Origin: an uncultured Acidobacteriaceae bacterium
GTDB lineage: Bacteria; Acidobacteriota; Terriglobia; Terriglobales; Acidobacteriaceae
Reading direction: 5' to 3'
NCBI GenBank assembly: GCA_963797895.1
Contig: CAWCRD010000002.1
Span: forward strand, 63,281 to 127,280
Length of the DNA stretch: 64,000 nt
The translations under genes were made by a program, and so were the position numbers. Below are positions 39,900 through 48,910 of this stretch, piece after piece. Every line of letters begins with the position of its first letter. Position 1 is the stretch's first letter. The notes below the pieces were generated by a model. The model did not search any database. It was not told where the DNA came from and saw nothing but the letters and a program-made list of their open reading frames with translations.

Positions 39900-41801
39900 A
39901 TGCCCTGGTTTCGCTACCGTACGATCCGCAGCCAATTGACCATCGGCTTCATTGTCCTGGAGCTGCTGTTCACGGTCTGCTTTTCGCTTCTGATTCTGCG
40001 AACCGAGCTCAAGGAGATACACGGGCGCGCGCAGCGCCGCATCGAGCAGCAGGTCATCCTGCTGTCGACCATGGCCACTGACGCCATCATCGACCAGGAG
40101 AACCAACGGCTGACTCCGATGACCCAGGCGCTCGAAGCCAGCACTTCGGTGCATTTTGCTCGCCTTACCGATCCGCATGGCGCCCCGCTGCTGCCGAATA
40201 CGGGGCATATCGAGACCTCTCCGCTGAGTCCGAGGGAACGCAAACAGCTGCCGGCCGCGGGACAAAGGCTCGAGACCGCCGAGATTTTTCAAAACGACGA
40301 GGGCAATCGTGAGGCTGTCTATCCCGTCAAGGACGGCGATCAGCTGCTGGGCTACGCCTGGGTAGCTGAAAATCCCACTGCCGAGCGTCAGGAGGTGGAT
40401 GCGCTGGTGCGCGTCACGGTCTTCGCGGGTGCACTGGGCGCCTTGGGCTGCCTGCTGGCTTCAGCGCTGCTGGCTCGCTCCATCACCCGGCCCTTGCGCA
40501 TGGTCATGAATGCGACGCGCCGGCTCATCCGTGATCCGGAGACAAAGGAAGGCTTTCCGCTGGACGTCGCCGAGACCAACGAAGCCGGAGAGTTGGCGCA
40601 GGCCCTCAACCTGCTGGTGCTATCCATGGAGGAGCAGCGCGCCGGCCTCAACGATACGCTGGCGCTGCTGGACTCTATGCTGGCGCACGCGCCCATCGGT
40701 TTTGCCTTTCTTGACCGCCAGGGGCGATTCATCCGGGTGAACAACTTCCTGGCGACCAGCATGGGCATCGAGCTCACCCGCTTTCTGGGCCACACGGCTG
40801 CGGAACTTTTTGGCCTGGAGGAGGCCGCAACGCTCGAGCCGCGACTGGCGGCGATCTTCGCCGGATCGCGCCCCGTCGATACCTTCGAGCTGCAGTTGAC
40901 CGACACCAAAGGCGACGCGCGAAGCTGGCTGGTGAACTTCTATCCCGTCAAGAGCGGACAGCAGGAGATTCGCTGGGTCGGCGCGGTGATGATCGACACT
41001 ACGGAACGACGCCGCTCCGAGGAGACGCTGCGCCGCACTGAGAAGCTGGCCGCGGCCGGCCAGCTCGCCGCCTCCATCGCGCACGAGATCAACAACCCGC
41101 TGGAGGCGGTCACCAACCTGCTCTTCCTTTTGCGCACCCAACCCACGCTCGACGGAGACGCCGTGCGTTTCACCGAGATGGCGCAGCACGAGGTGGCGCG
41201 CGTCTCGGAAATCGCGCAGCAGACCTTGCGGTTCTACCGCCCCTCCACCTCGCCCGCGCTCGCCAATGTGGGCGAGATTCTTGACTCCATTCTCACGCTG
41301 CACAGCGGCCGCGTCCATACGCTGCGCGTGGATGTGACGCGCCGTTATGACAAGAAGATCGAGCTCTACTGCCTATCCGGCGCGCTGCGTCAGGTCTTCG
41401 CGAATTTAATTACAAATGCTCTCGACGCCCTGAACGGTGGCGGCCGGCTGATGATTCGCGCGAGACGCTCGTATTGCTGGAAGGATGGACGGCCCGGCGT
41501 CCGCGTCGTGGTGGCGGATACCGGCTCGGGTATGCCAACGGCGGTGCGCCGCCGCATCTACGAGCCCTTCTTTACTACCAAGATGGCCACCGGAACCGGC
41601 CTGGGGCTATGGGTAACGCTGGACATCATGGAGAAGCATCAGGGCCTGATTCTGGTGCGCAGCCGCTGCGAAGCAGAGCACCGCGCCTCGGGCACGGTAT
41701 TCATGCTCTTCTTTCCGGATCACGGCGTGGGCAAGCCTGCCCCAGCAGCGGAATCGACCGAGCAGAGCGCCGCGCCGGAAATCTCCGAACAGCTCGCCTG
41801 A
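39900..41801 (+). CDS. Sensor histidine kinase (TM sensor, HAMP, PAS, HisKA, HATPase_c)
   Basis: H-box SIAHEINNPLEAV, N-box FANLITNALDA, and G-boxes DTGSGM and GTGLGLWV. There is a PAS-like segment before the H-box. No adjacent response regulator. Confidence 0.9.
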   Translation: MPWFRYRTIRSQLTIGFIVLELLFTVCFSLLILRTELKEIHGRAQRRIEQQVILLSTMATDAIIDQENQRLTPMTQALEASTSVHFARLTDPHGAPLLPNTGHIETSPLSPRERKQLPAAGQRLETAEIFQNDEGNREAVYPVKDGDQLLGYAWVAENPTAERQEVDALVRVTVFAGALGALGCLLASALLARSITRPLRMVMNATRRLIRDPETKEGFPLDVAETNEAGELAQALNLLVLSMEEQRAGLNDTLALLDSMLAHAPIGFAFLDRQGRFIRVNNFLATSMGIELTRFLGHTAAELFGLEEAATLEPRLAAIFAGSRPVDTFELQLTDTKGDARSWLVNFYPVKSGQQEIRWVGAVMIDTTERRRSEETLRRTEKLAAAGQLAASIAHEINNPLEAVTNLLFLLRTQPTLDGDAVRFTEMAQHEVARVSEIAQQTLRFYRPSTSPALANVGEILDSILTLHSGRVHTLRVDVTRRYDKKIELYCLSGALRQVFANLITNALDALNGGGRLMIRARRSYCWKDGRPGVRVVVADTGSGMPTAVRRRIYEPFFTTKMATGTGLGLWVTLDIMEKHQGLILVRSRCEAEHRASGTVFMLFFPDHGVGKPAPAAESTEQSAAPEISEQLA

Positions 41802-42050
41802 GAGATGTAACGATGAATTTGCGAATGAGATGAGACTCCTCCGCCGGACAGCAAAGGCCCGGTTCCCCCAAGAGAAGGGTCTGGCACTCACTCGGTAGAG
41901 ACCGGAGCGGAAGCTCTCGCAAGATCGGCTCCGGCAGTTGAATCAAAAAAAGAATTGATTCGCTGTCGATTTCCCGCCCGCCGAACGACTAACCCATAGT
42001 AGAGCGATGAGCGACCGCTCTCTGACTCACAGAAAGACAAGGAGAATTCT

Positions 42051-42479
42051 TTGAAATACATCTGTTTGGGATACTACGAGCCGGCAAAGCACGCGGGCAT
42101 GACTGAGGACGAGCGAAACGCAATGTTCGACGAATGCTTTGAGTACGACGACCATTTACGCGCGAACGGCCACTTTGCTGCAGGAGAAGCTCTTCAGCCT
42201 GCTGAAACTGCGCTGACCGTGTATTGGAAAAACGGCGATGTCGCGACCACCGATGGGCCCTATGCCGAGACCAAGGAACAACTCGGCGGCATTCTTGTGC
42301 TTGAGGCACGCGACATGAATCATGCTATTCAGCTCATGTCGCAGCATCCGTCCCTGAAATATGGGTCGGTTTTCGAAATACGTCCAGCTGCCGATCTGAA
42401 TGAAATGATGAACGCAAGCGAGCAGCGACGTCGCAAGCTCACCGCACGCGGAAGAAACCGGCCGACAGCAGAGGTATAG
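42051..42479 (+). CDS. YciI family protein
   Basis: 142 aa with a TTG start. GPYAETKEQLGGILVLEARDMNHAIQLMSQHP is typical of the YciI/DGPF family. Confidence 0.8.
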   Translation: MKYICLGYYEPAKHAGMTEDERNAMFDECFEYDDHLRANGHFAAGEALQPAETALTVYWKNGDVATTDGPYAETKEQLGGILVLEARDMNHAIQLMSQHPSLKYGSVFEIRPAADLNEMMNASEQRRRKLTARGRNRPTAEV

Positions 42480-42603
42480 AGATCGTCGTTGGAGTTTGTG
42501 GGCGGCGAGCGGATACACGGCCCGTCGAGGCTGGCTGAAGCTGTCGCGGCTTCGCGCCAAAGCAACAAAGCGTCAGCACAACCAAATTGAGGGAGAGAGT
42601 TGG

Positions 42604-43281
42604 ATGTCAAAGGTTCGAGTCGCGGGATTTGGTGTTTCGTTGGACGGTTTCGGCGCTGGGATCGAACAGAGCCTGGACAATCCGCTCGGCAGGCGGGGAC
42701 CGGAAATCTTTCAGTGGTTCTTTCACACGAAGACCTTTTGCTCCATGCAGGGGCGGGAGGGGGGAACCACAGGTGATGTGGACGATGTGTTCGCTCAGCA
42801 GGGGATGGAGAACTTCGGCGCCTTCATTCTCGGCCGCAACATGTTCGGTCCGGTGCGCGGACCTTGGCCGGACGACTCATGGAAGGGCTGGTGGGGAGAC
42901 AATCCGCCATACCATGCGCCAACTTTCGTTCTGACCCACTTCGAGCGTGAGCCTCTGGTGATGGAAGGCGGTACCACCTTCTACTTCGTTACCGGCGGAA
43001 TCCATGAGGCGCTGTCACTCGCGAAGAAAGCCGCAGGCAGTAAAGATGTCAAGATCGGTGGCGGCGTATCAACGGTGCGTCAGTATCTCGAAGCTGGCCT
43101 GATCGACTCCCTGCACCTCGCCTCGGTGCCTGTTCTTCTCGGTCAAGGTGAATCACTGTTTCGCGGTCTCGATCTGCATGCGCTTGGGTTCTCGATCACG
43201 GATCGCAAGACTTCGGAATACGCGACCCATCTCGTGCTGGAGAGAGCGGGAGGACAGAGCGGTGAGCACGGCTCTAAATGA
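42604..43281 (+). CDS. Dihydrofolate reductase family protein (RibD C-terminal domain)
   Basis: MSKVRVAGFGVSLDGFGAG ... FILGRNMF ... FYFVTGGIHEALSLAKKAAGSKDVKIGGGVSTVRQYL matches the RibD_C/DHFR-like family pattern. Confidence 0.75.
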   Translation: MSKVRVAGFGVSLDGFGAGIEQSLDNPLGRRGPEIFQWFFHTKTFCSMQGREGGTTGDVDDVFAQQGMENFGAFILGRNMFGPVRGPWPDDSWKGWWGDNPPYHAPTFVLTHFEREPLVMEGGTTFYFVTGGIHEALSLAKKAAGSKDVKIGGGVSTVRQYLEAGLIDSLHLASVPVLLGQGESLFRGLDLHALGFSITDRKTSEYATHLVLERAGGQSGEHGSK

Positions 43282-43300
43282 CTGCTCTCAGGTACAAATA

Positions 43301-43327
43301 CAAAGGCCGCCAGAAAGGCGGCCTTTG
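43301..43327 (+). terminator. Rho-independent terminator-like hairpin after the DHFR-family gene
   Basis: Perfect 11-bp stem CAAAGGCCGCC / GGCGGCCTTTG with loop AGAAA, 20 nt after the stop, followed by TATTCT. Confidence 0.65.
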
Positions 43328-43430
43328 TATTCTCGGCATATGTAACCGACAGTGTTTCATTGTAACAAATCAGGGGATGCGAAATGGCACAATTTCACGG
43401 CGATTCCCACCCTGGGATTACTAGCGGATT

Positions 43431-43527
43431 TAACCGACATATGTCGGTTAGTGTTCCACGTGGAACATTTCCCCTGAGCCATCGGGAACTGCCCCGGCAG
43501 AATGTTCCACGTGGAACATTCTGCCGG
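43431..43527. repeat. Cluster of perfect palindromes (20 bp, 16 bp, 34 bp) in a convergent intergenic region
   Basis: TAACCGACATATGTCGGTTA at 43431..43450. TGTTCCACGTGGAACA at 43452..43467. CCGGCAGAATGTTCCACGTGGAACATTCTGCCGG at 43494..43527. A degenerate third copy (TGTTTCATTGTAACA) lies near 43354..43368. Confidence 0.9.
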
Positions 43528-43555
43528 AGTCGCAGGGCCATATTCGATGGTGGTT

Positions 43556-45727
43556 CTACTGATGCTTCCGTGCCGTCCCGTTGTAGTTGACCTTGATCGG
43601 GTTCATGGTGCGGTAGCGCACGCGGAGCCCGCCAACCGTTGCTGGCTGGGAATGCGGTGTCTTCGTCCGATCGATGAAGACCATCAACGCCGCTTCCGAG
43701 GGGTTGTCCCGGCTTTGGGTAACGCCTACGCCGAAGAAGGCCGAGTCGCTCATGATCTGCGTCGCATGCTGCTTCTGAACCGTTTTGGCGGCCGCCAGCG
43801 TCGCGTCGGAAAGGTGTATGCCCGGAGTTATAGATACGGACGTGGGAGCCGTGCCGCTGGCTACCGCGCTTGCGGTTGTGGGGATCACACGCGTCGGCAA
43901 CCCGCCGATGGTCTGCGGAACCTGTACGCTGCTGGCGCGGTTCTGATCGACATAGACTAGAACGGCCGCCTGACCGGGCTGGTCGAGGCTCTTGCCTGCG
44001 GCCACGCCGAGGATGCCCTTCGCGGCATCGACGATAGCAGCGCCCTGCTGGCTGGCAACAGTCTTCGCCGCGCTCATGCGCGCCGCGGAGACGACCGCGC
44101 TGCTGGTGGCAGTGTTGGAGTCGTAGTCAAGGCAGCTCACCGTATGCGGTGATCCACCCACGATGCTGAAGGTCGTGCCGGAAGGCGCCTGGCTGTACTG
44201 CGCGAGCTGCGTGAGGACTTCGCCGATGGGCTGCGCGAAGCTTTCACCCGGCTCAGTCGCAGTTCCAGTTGATCCCGCATAGAAGAGGGCTACCGGCTGC
44301 GCGTTTGCGGTATCCACGACCAGCGAGCCGGAATCACCCGCGTCGGAGAAGTAGTTGCCGGGCATGCCGATCTGGTTGGAATAGGTCTTGGAAACATAGA
44401 ACTGCGTCTCGGCGGCGTCCTTATAGTACGAAACCTTTACGCTCGCATCGATCGCATCCACCGTGGTGCAGGTCAGGCCCGTGGTGCGTCCGCTCTTCGC
44501 CACTGAAATCGTGTTCAGATTCGCGGAGGTAAGCACCTCACCCGTGCCGGCGACCGGAGCGGCCGCGGCGATTGGATTGCCGCCGCCGCCCGCAGCGCCT
44601 AGCGCGATGACCGCGCCCGAGGCGTCCACATTGGTTGAGCTGGTCTGCGCCAGAGCAGCATCGATATTCGTTGAAGCATTATTCAGCGGAGCCCAGTACT
44701 GCAGCGTGCCGATGGCGCTGATGCCGGTGACGCCGGAGACGAGCTGCGTGCAGCCTGTGTCCACAAGACCGGGCTGGATGATGGTGTCGCCCGCTACACC
44801 CTGATCAGATTCGGCCAGTACGTGATTATTGCTGAGGATGTAGAGATTGCTGGCCTGGTCCTGCACCAGCGCCCCGAGCGTGCCGCTGGCGCAGTCCGTG
44901 ACATTGCCGTTCTGGTCCAGATCAACATCGTTGTTGTTGCCGCCGGAGGTGCCCATCTGCACGGCGGACGTCTGCGCCGCCTGATTATCGAGCGGCGAAG
45001 TATTGAGACCGGCGCCATTCAGCAGCAGCTTGGAAAAGCTGGTGGTGGCGGAATTCGAAGCCACCGAACCGATGGCGTAGATCGCCTGTGATGGTACGGA
45101 CGAGGGCGCCGTGTAGGTTGCAGTGCAGGAGGTGTAGTAGGGATTGGAGGAGTTGATGCCGCCGCTATTCTGGCACTTAGTGCCACTAATGGCACCCCCT
45201 GCGGAGCCCGGGCTGGAGCCGCCGGAGGGCGAGGTTGAGAGGCTCCAGTTGATGCTGCCGCCGCCGAGCTCAGCGATCATCGCCGTGAGCGGGACAGTGG
45301 CGCCGGTCGAGAGCGTTGCGTTCTCCGGCGTAACGGACTGGATGAAGCCGGGCGTCACGGTTACGACAGCTGTGACGGGCTGGTAGACATTGCTGTTCAG
45401 GTTGGCCTGAACCTGGATCTGGACGGAATCCTTGGAGAGAGCGCTGGGCGGAGTGTACAGGCCGGTGGAATCGATGCTGCCCTGGCCCAGCTGGCTGTTG
45501 TCATTGGTGCCGGTGGTGACTGTCCAGGTGACATCGGTAGTCGGCTGGCCGTTCGAAAGCGTGGCCGTGAACTGGACCTGGCTGTTGGTGTCGATGGTGG
45601 TGGTGCCCGGCGTGATGGACAGGGTGCCGTTCGACGGATTGGAGCTGGGGCTACCTCCGCCGCAACCAGCAATCATCAGCACAAGAGGAGCAGAGCAGGC
45701 AAACAGAGAGCGAATAAACCGGGTCAT
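43556..45727 (-). CDS. Lipoprotein with N-terminal Big_2-like Ig domains and a C-terminal chymotrypsin-fold (S1) serine peptidase-like domain
   Basis: Lipobox LVLMIAGC. Repeated ITPGTTTIDTNSQVQFTA-type Ig modules. Putative catalytic triad context: LSNNHVL (His), NIDAALA (Asp), DAGDSGSLVVD (GDSG Ser). Confidence 0.65.
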   Translation of the reverse strand: MTRFIRSLFACSAPLVLMIAGCGGGSPSSNPSNGTLSITPGTTTIDTNSQVQFTATLSNGQPTTDVTWTVTTGTNDNSQLGQGSIDSTGLYTPPSALSKDSVQIQVQANLNSNVYQPVTAVVTVTPGFIQSVTPENATLSTGATVPLTAMIAELGGGSINWSLSTSPSGGSSPGSAGGAISGTKCQNSGGINSSNPYYTSCTATYTAPSSVPSQAIYAIGSVASNSATTSFSKLLLNGAGLNTSPLDNQAAQTSAVQMGTSGGNNNDVDLDQNGNVTDCASGTLGALVQDQASNLYILSNNHVLAESDQGVAGDTIIQPGLVDTGCTQLVSGVTGISAIGTLQYWAPLNNASTNIDAALAQTSSTNVDASGAVIALGAAGGGGNPIAAAAPVAGTGEVLTSANLNTISVAKSGRTTGLTCTTVDAIDASVKVSYYKDAAETQFYVSKTYSNQIGMPGNYFSDAGDSGSLVVDTANAQPVALFYAGSTGTATEPGESFAQPIGEVLTQLAQYSQAPSGTTFSIVGGSPHTVSCLDYDSNTATSSAVVSAARMSAAKTVASQQGAAIVDAAKGILGVAAGKSLDQPGQAAVLVYVDQNRASSVQVPQTIGGLPTRVIPTTASAVASGTAPTSVSITPGIHLSDATLAAAKTVQKQHATQIMSDSAFFGVGVTQSRDNPSEAALMVFIDRTKTPHSQPATVGGLRVRYRTMNPIKVNYNGTARKHQ

Positions 45728-45943
45728 AGTCACTACCATCCAGGGGTCGGAGTCAATTGTACGTGCCCGGCGTGTCTGCCAGCTTCCGCAGATGTGTCAC
45801 GAAAGTAGTACGACAGGGAACGACGTACCGGATGAAACCCTGTATAGACGAGTAAGTTGCGGGTGCTTATCGGCCTTCTTGACTTGCTAAACTAAACCGT
45901 TCAGTATTGCTAAATCCTGCCAACTCTGCGAGGCGTTTCCGCG

Positions 45944-46735
45944 ATGATCTCAGTCCGCAACCTTGTTAAGACCTTCGGCGATTTCACTGCCGTGAAAGAC
46001 ATCACGTTTGATGTGGCGCAGGGAGAGATTTTTGCCTTTCTCGGTCCCAACGGTGCGGGGAAGACTACAACGATCAAGATGCTGACTACGTTGCTGAGGC
46101 CGACCAGCGGGCGCATCGAATTGGACGGACTTGATCCGACGGTGAAGCAGAAGCAGGCACGCCAGCGTTTCGGCATTGTGTTTCAGGACCCGAGTCTGGA
46201 CGCCGAGCAGACAGCGTGGGAGAACATGGATCTGCACGGCGTGCTCTATCACGTTCCGCGCAAGCTTCGCGCCGCGCGCTCGGAAGAGCTGTTGAAGATC
46301 TTCGAGCTGTGGGAGCGCAAGGACGACTACGTGAAGACCTTTTCCGGCGGCATGAAACGGCGGCTGGAGATTGCCCGCGGTTTTTTGCACACGCCGAAGA
46401 TCCTTTTTCTGGATGAGCCGACGCTGGGACTCGATCCGCAGAGCCGCAACCAGCTCTGGACGCATGTGAAGCGCATCAACGAATCGGAGAAGACAACGGT
46501 CTTCCTGACCACGCATTACATGGACGAGGCGGACCGCGTCGCGCATCGCATCGCGATCATGGACCACGGCAGCATAGTGGCCCAGGGCACATCGACAGAA
46601 CTGAGGGAGCAGACGCAGACGGATTCGCTCGAAGCGGCGTTTCTGGCGCTTACCGGTTCGTCGCTGCGCGATGAGGGCGCGGATGCCGGCAAGGACCGGC
46701 TGCGGCAGGTCGCACAGATGTTCCAGCGCCGTTGA
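45944..46735 (+). CDS. ABC transporter ATP-binding protein (ABC-2/DrrA-like exporter)
   Basis: Walker A GPNGAGKTT, signature FSGGMKRRLEIA, Walker B ILFLDEPT, H-loop TTHYM. Confidence 0.93.
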   Translation: MISVRNLVKTFGDFTAVKDITFDVAQGEIFAFLGPNGAGKTTTIKMLTTLLRPTSGRIELDGLDPTVKQKQARQRFGIVFQDPSLDAEQTAWENMDLHGVLYHVPRKLRAARSEELLKIFELWERKDDYVKTFSGGMKRRLEIARGFLHTPKILFLDEPTLGLDPQSRNQLWTHVKRINESEKTTVFLTTHYMDEADRVAHRIAIMDHGSIVAQGTSTELREQTQTDSLEAAFLALTGSSLRDEGADAGKDRLRQVAQMFQRR

Positions 46736-46993
46736 GTGCTGGCCGCCCGGGGTGCTGGCCGCACGGGCACATGCGCCTGCGGCGCGGGATATTGGGCTCG
46801 CTTCCTTTGGTCGCTCGCGGTCGGATTCGTGGCGGAGCGGGGCGATTCTTTGGTGCGATGGTTGAGGCGAGATTCGGTGGACCCTTTGGGTCGACGGAAT
46901 TGCTGGAAGCATCCCCACCCTAGCCTTCGGCTAGAGTAGGGCACCCGCGGCTTTGTTGTGTTCGCAGGCAGCAACAGGAACGGAGGATCGGGA

Positions 46994-47740
46994 ATGGGCG
47001 CGATTTACATTTTGTGGCTGCGCGAGCTGAAGCGGTACGTGCGCTCGCGTGTGCAGATCGTGGTGTCGCTAGGCCAGCCGTGTTTGTATCTGCTGGCGCT
47101 GGGCTTCGGGCTGGGACCGGTCTTCAAGCAGGCGGGTCATGGCAGCTATCTACAGTTCATGGCACCGGGCGTGGTTGGCATGACGGTGCTGTTCAGTTCG
47201 GTGTTTTCCGGCATTGCGATGCTGTGGGACCGGCAGTTCGGCTTTCTCAAAGAGACGCTGGTCGCGCCGGTTTCGCGCATGCAGATCATGGTGGGCCGCA
47301 CGCTGGGCGGGGCTACGGTTGCGGTGATCCAGGGCGCGTTGATTCTGGTGATCTGCCTGATCGCCGGCTTCCGTCCGCATACCTGGCTGGCGATTCCTAT
47401 TGCCTTTCTCTTTGTCGTGATGATTGCTGTCGTCTTCGCTGCGCTGGGGACTGCGATCGGTTCGGTGATTAAGGACATGCAGGGATTTCAGCTGGTCATG
47501 AATTTCCTGGTGATGCCGATCTTCTTTCTTTCGGGCGCGCTTTTTCCGCTGGCGAATCTCGGGCGGGTGATGGACGTGATCACCAAGCTCGATCCGCTCT
47601 CCTACGGAGTGGACGGGCTGCGCGGCGCGTTGATCAACACCTGGTACTTCAGCCTGACGCTCGATATGGCGCTGCTCGCCGGGATTGCTGCGCTGTTTCT
47701 GAGCGCGGGGGCGTATCTGTTCTCGAGGATTGAGGCATGA
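46994..47740 (+). CDS. ABC-2 type transporter permease
   Basis: About 248 aa with 6 TM segments and an ABC-2 membrane pattern (ILWLRELKRYVRSR ... PLSYGVDGLRG). Confidence 0.85.
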   Translation: MGAIYILWLRELKRYVRSRVQIVVSLGQPCLYLLALGFGLGPVFKQAGHGSYLQFMAPGVVGMTVLFSSVFSGIAMLWDRQFGFLKETLVAPVSRMQIMVGRTLGGATVAVIQGALILVICLIAGFRPHTWLAIPIAFLFVVMIAVVFAALGTAIGSVIKDMQGFQLVMNFLVMPIFFLSGALFPLANLGRVMDVITKLDPLSYGVDGLRGALINTWYFSLTLDMALLAGIAALFLSAGAYLFSRIEA

Positions 47741-47916
47741 GGATGTGTGACCGGAATGGATACGAGGCGGGAGCAGCAGATTGCTCCGCTGCGCCGGTCT
47801 CGCTTGCGCGAGACGACTCCGGTCGGGATGACGGTACGCGGGGAGGGGCTTGCGGCTTCGCTCGGGATAACGACTGGATCTGCTCCGTGACGCACGAAGA
47901 GGAAACGGCGTAACAG

Positions 47917-48534
47917 ATGGCGAGACCCCGGAGCGCGCTGGCACACAAGAAGGTCCTGACGGCTGCGGTGGAGTTGTTTTCTGAAGGCGGCATCGATGCC
48001 ACCAGCATGGATGCCATTGCGGAAGCGTCCGGCGTCAGCAAGGCTACTATTTACAAGCACTGGCCCGATAAAGATCGCCTTGTTCTTGAAGTAATGGGAT
48101 ATCTGCACGGCCTGGACGAGGAGCCGCCGGTCTTCGATTCCGGGAATGATCCCGGCCACTTCCGCGCTGACCTGATCGCGCAGCTTCAATACCAGCCCGC
48201 TACGGACAGGCAGTCCATGCGGGAAAAGATGATGCCGCACATGATCGCCTATGCGTCGCGCAATCCGGTGCTTGGCGCGGCGTGGCGAGCGCGAGTAGTG
48301 GAGCCGGCTCGCGTGGCGCTGACGAACCTGATCCGGCGCGGAGAGAGGCGAGGCATTCTTCGCCATGGCATCGATCCCGAGATCGGGATTGCGCTGCTGC
48401 TGGGGCCCATGATGTACCGACACGTTTTTACGCACAAGATGGGACACAAGGGTCCGCGGAACCTGGAGGTGCAGGTCGCGGATGCCTTTCTGGCCGCGTA
48501 TGGCACAGGGAAGCAGACGCCCATCCGAAGATGA
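47917..48534 (+). CDS. TetR/AcrR family transcriptional regulator
   Basis: N-terminal HTH: VLTAAVELFSEGGIDATSMDAIAEASGVSKATIYKHWPDKDRL. Confidence 0.9.
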   Translation: MARPRSALAHKKVLTAAVELFSEGGIDATSMDAIAEASGVSKATIYKHWPDKDRLVLEVMGYLHGLDEEPPVFDSGNDPGHFRADLIAQLQYQPATDRQSMREKMMPHMIAYASRNPVLGAAWRARVVEPARVALTNLIRRGERRGILRHGIDPEIGIALLLGPMMYRHVFTHKMGHKGPRNLEVQVADAFLAAYGTGKQTPIRR

Positions 48535-48622
48535 GCAGATGGCTCCAGCTGCATTGCAGGGAAACGAAGGGGAGCAGGGCACCAGCTCCGATCATGTCGA
48601 GCGGAGCCGGTGCGAGAGTCGT

Positions 48623-48910
48623 TTAGGCAGCGGCCGTCTTGCGGGAGCGGCGGGCCACTGCTTCGCGAGCTTCGGCAGTAGCAGGCATGATGGCGACGGC
48701 GGCATTTGCCTGCTCGGCGCGCAGATGGCGAAGTTCGCGGCGGCTCAGCGGCAGCATTGTGTCCCGCGAGTAGAAGACCTGCTGGCTGCAATCCATGCAG
48801 ACCTTATAGGTTTGCCCCTCGATGGTGAAGGGACGCGACAGGCTGTTGTGGCGGCAGAAACCGAAGATAGCCTCGAAGATAGATTGAAAGAGTTCCGTGA
48901 TCCAGCGCAT
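48623..48910 (-). CDS. Small hypothetical protein with a CxH...CxxC putative zinc-binding motif; start uncertain (48910 or 48958)
   Basis: MRWITELFQSIFEAIFGFCRHNSLSRPFTIEGQTYKVCMDCSQQVFYS. No family recognised. Coding status rests only on the ORF and this motif. Confidence 0.4.
   Translation of the reverse strand: MRWITELFQSIFEAIFGFCRHNSLSRPFTIEGQTYKVCMDCSQQVFYSRDTMLPLSRRELRHLRAEQANAAVAIMPATAEAREAVARRSRKTAAA

Noticed and set aside
41902-41951. Hairpin CCGGAGC-N19-GCTCCGG followed by A7, downstream of the histidine kinase gene
   Set aside because: The A-run follows the hairpin on the + strand, and the corresponding T-run precedes it on the - strand. It therefore fits an intrinsic terminator in neither orientation, and the loop is long.
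43384-43590. 68-aa ORF in the palindrome-rich intergenic region, with the peptide VPRGTF repeated
   Set aside because: The repeated peptide is simply the translation of the repeated TGTTCCACGTGGAACA palindrome. There is no RBS, and the ORF runs into the 3' end of the convergent gene.
45879-45916. TTGACT box and duplicated TTGCTAAA octamers upstream of the ABC ATPase gene, considered as a promoter plus TetR operator
   Set aside because: The -35/-10 spacings are poor (17 nt to a weak CAGTAT, 26 nt to TAAATC). The octamers are direct repeats rather than inverted repeats, so the evidence is too weak to annotate.
46736-46767. Tandem 16-nt direct repeat, considered as a possible minimal CRISPR or VNTR
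   Set aside because: There are only two units and no spacers, so this is not a CRISPR array. It is reported only as part of the unusual ABC spacer.
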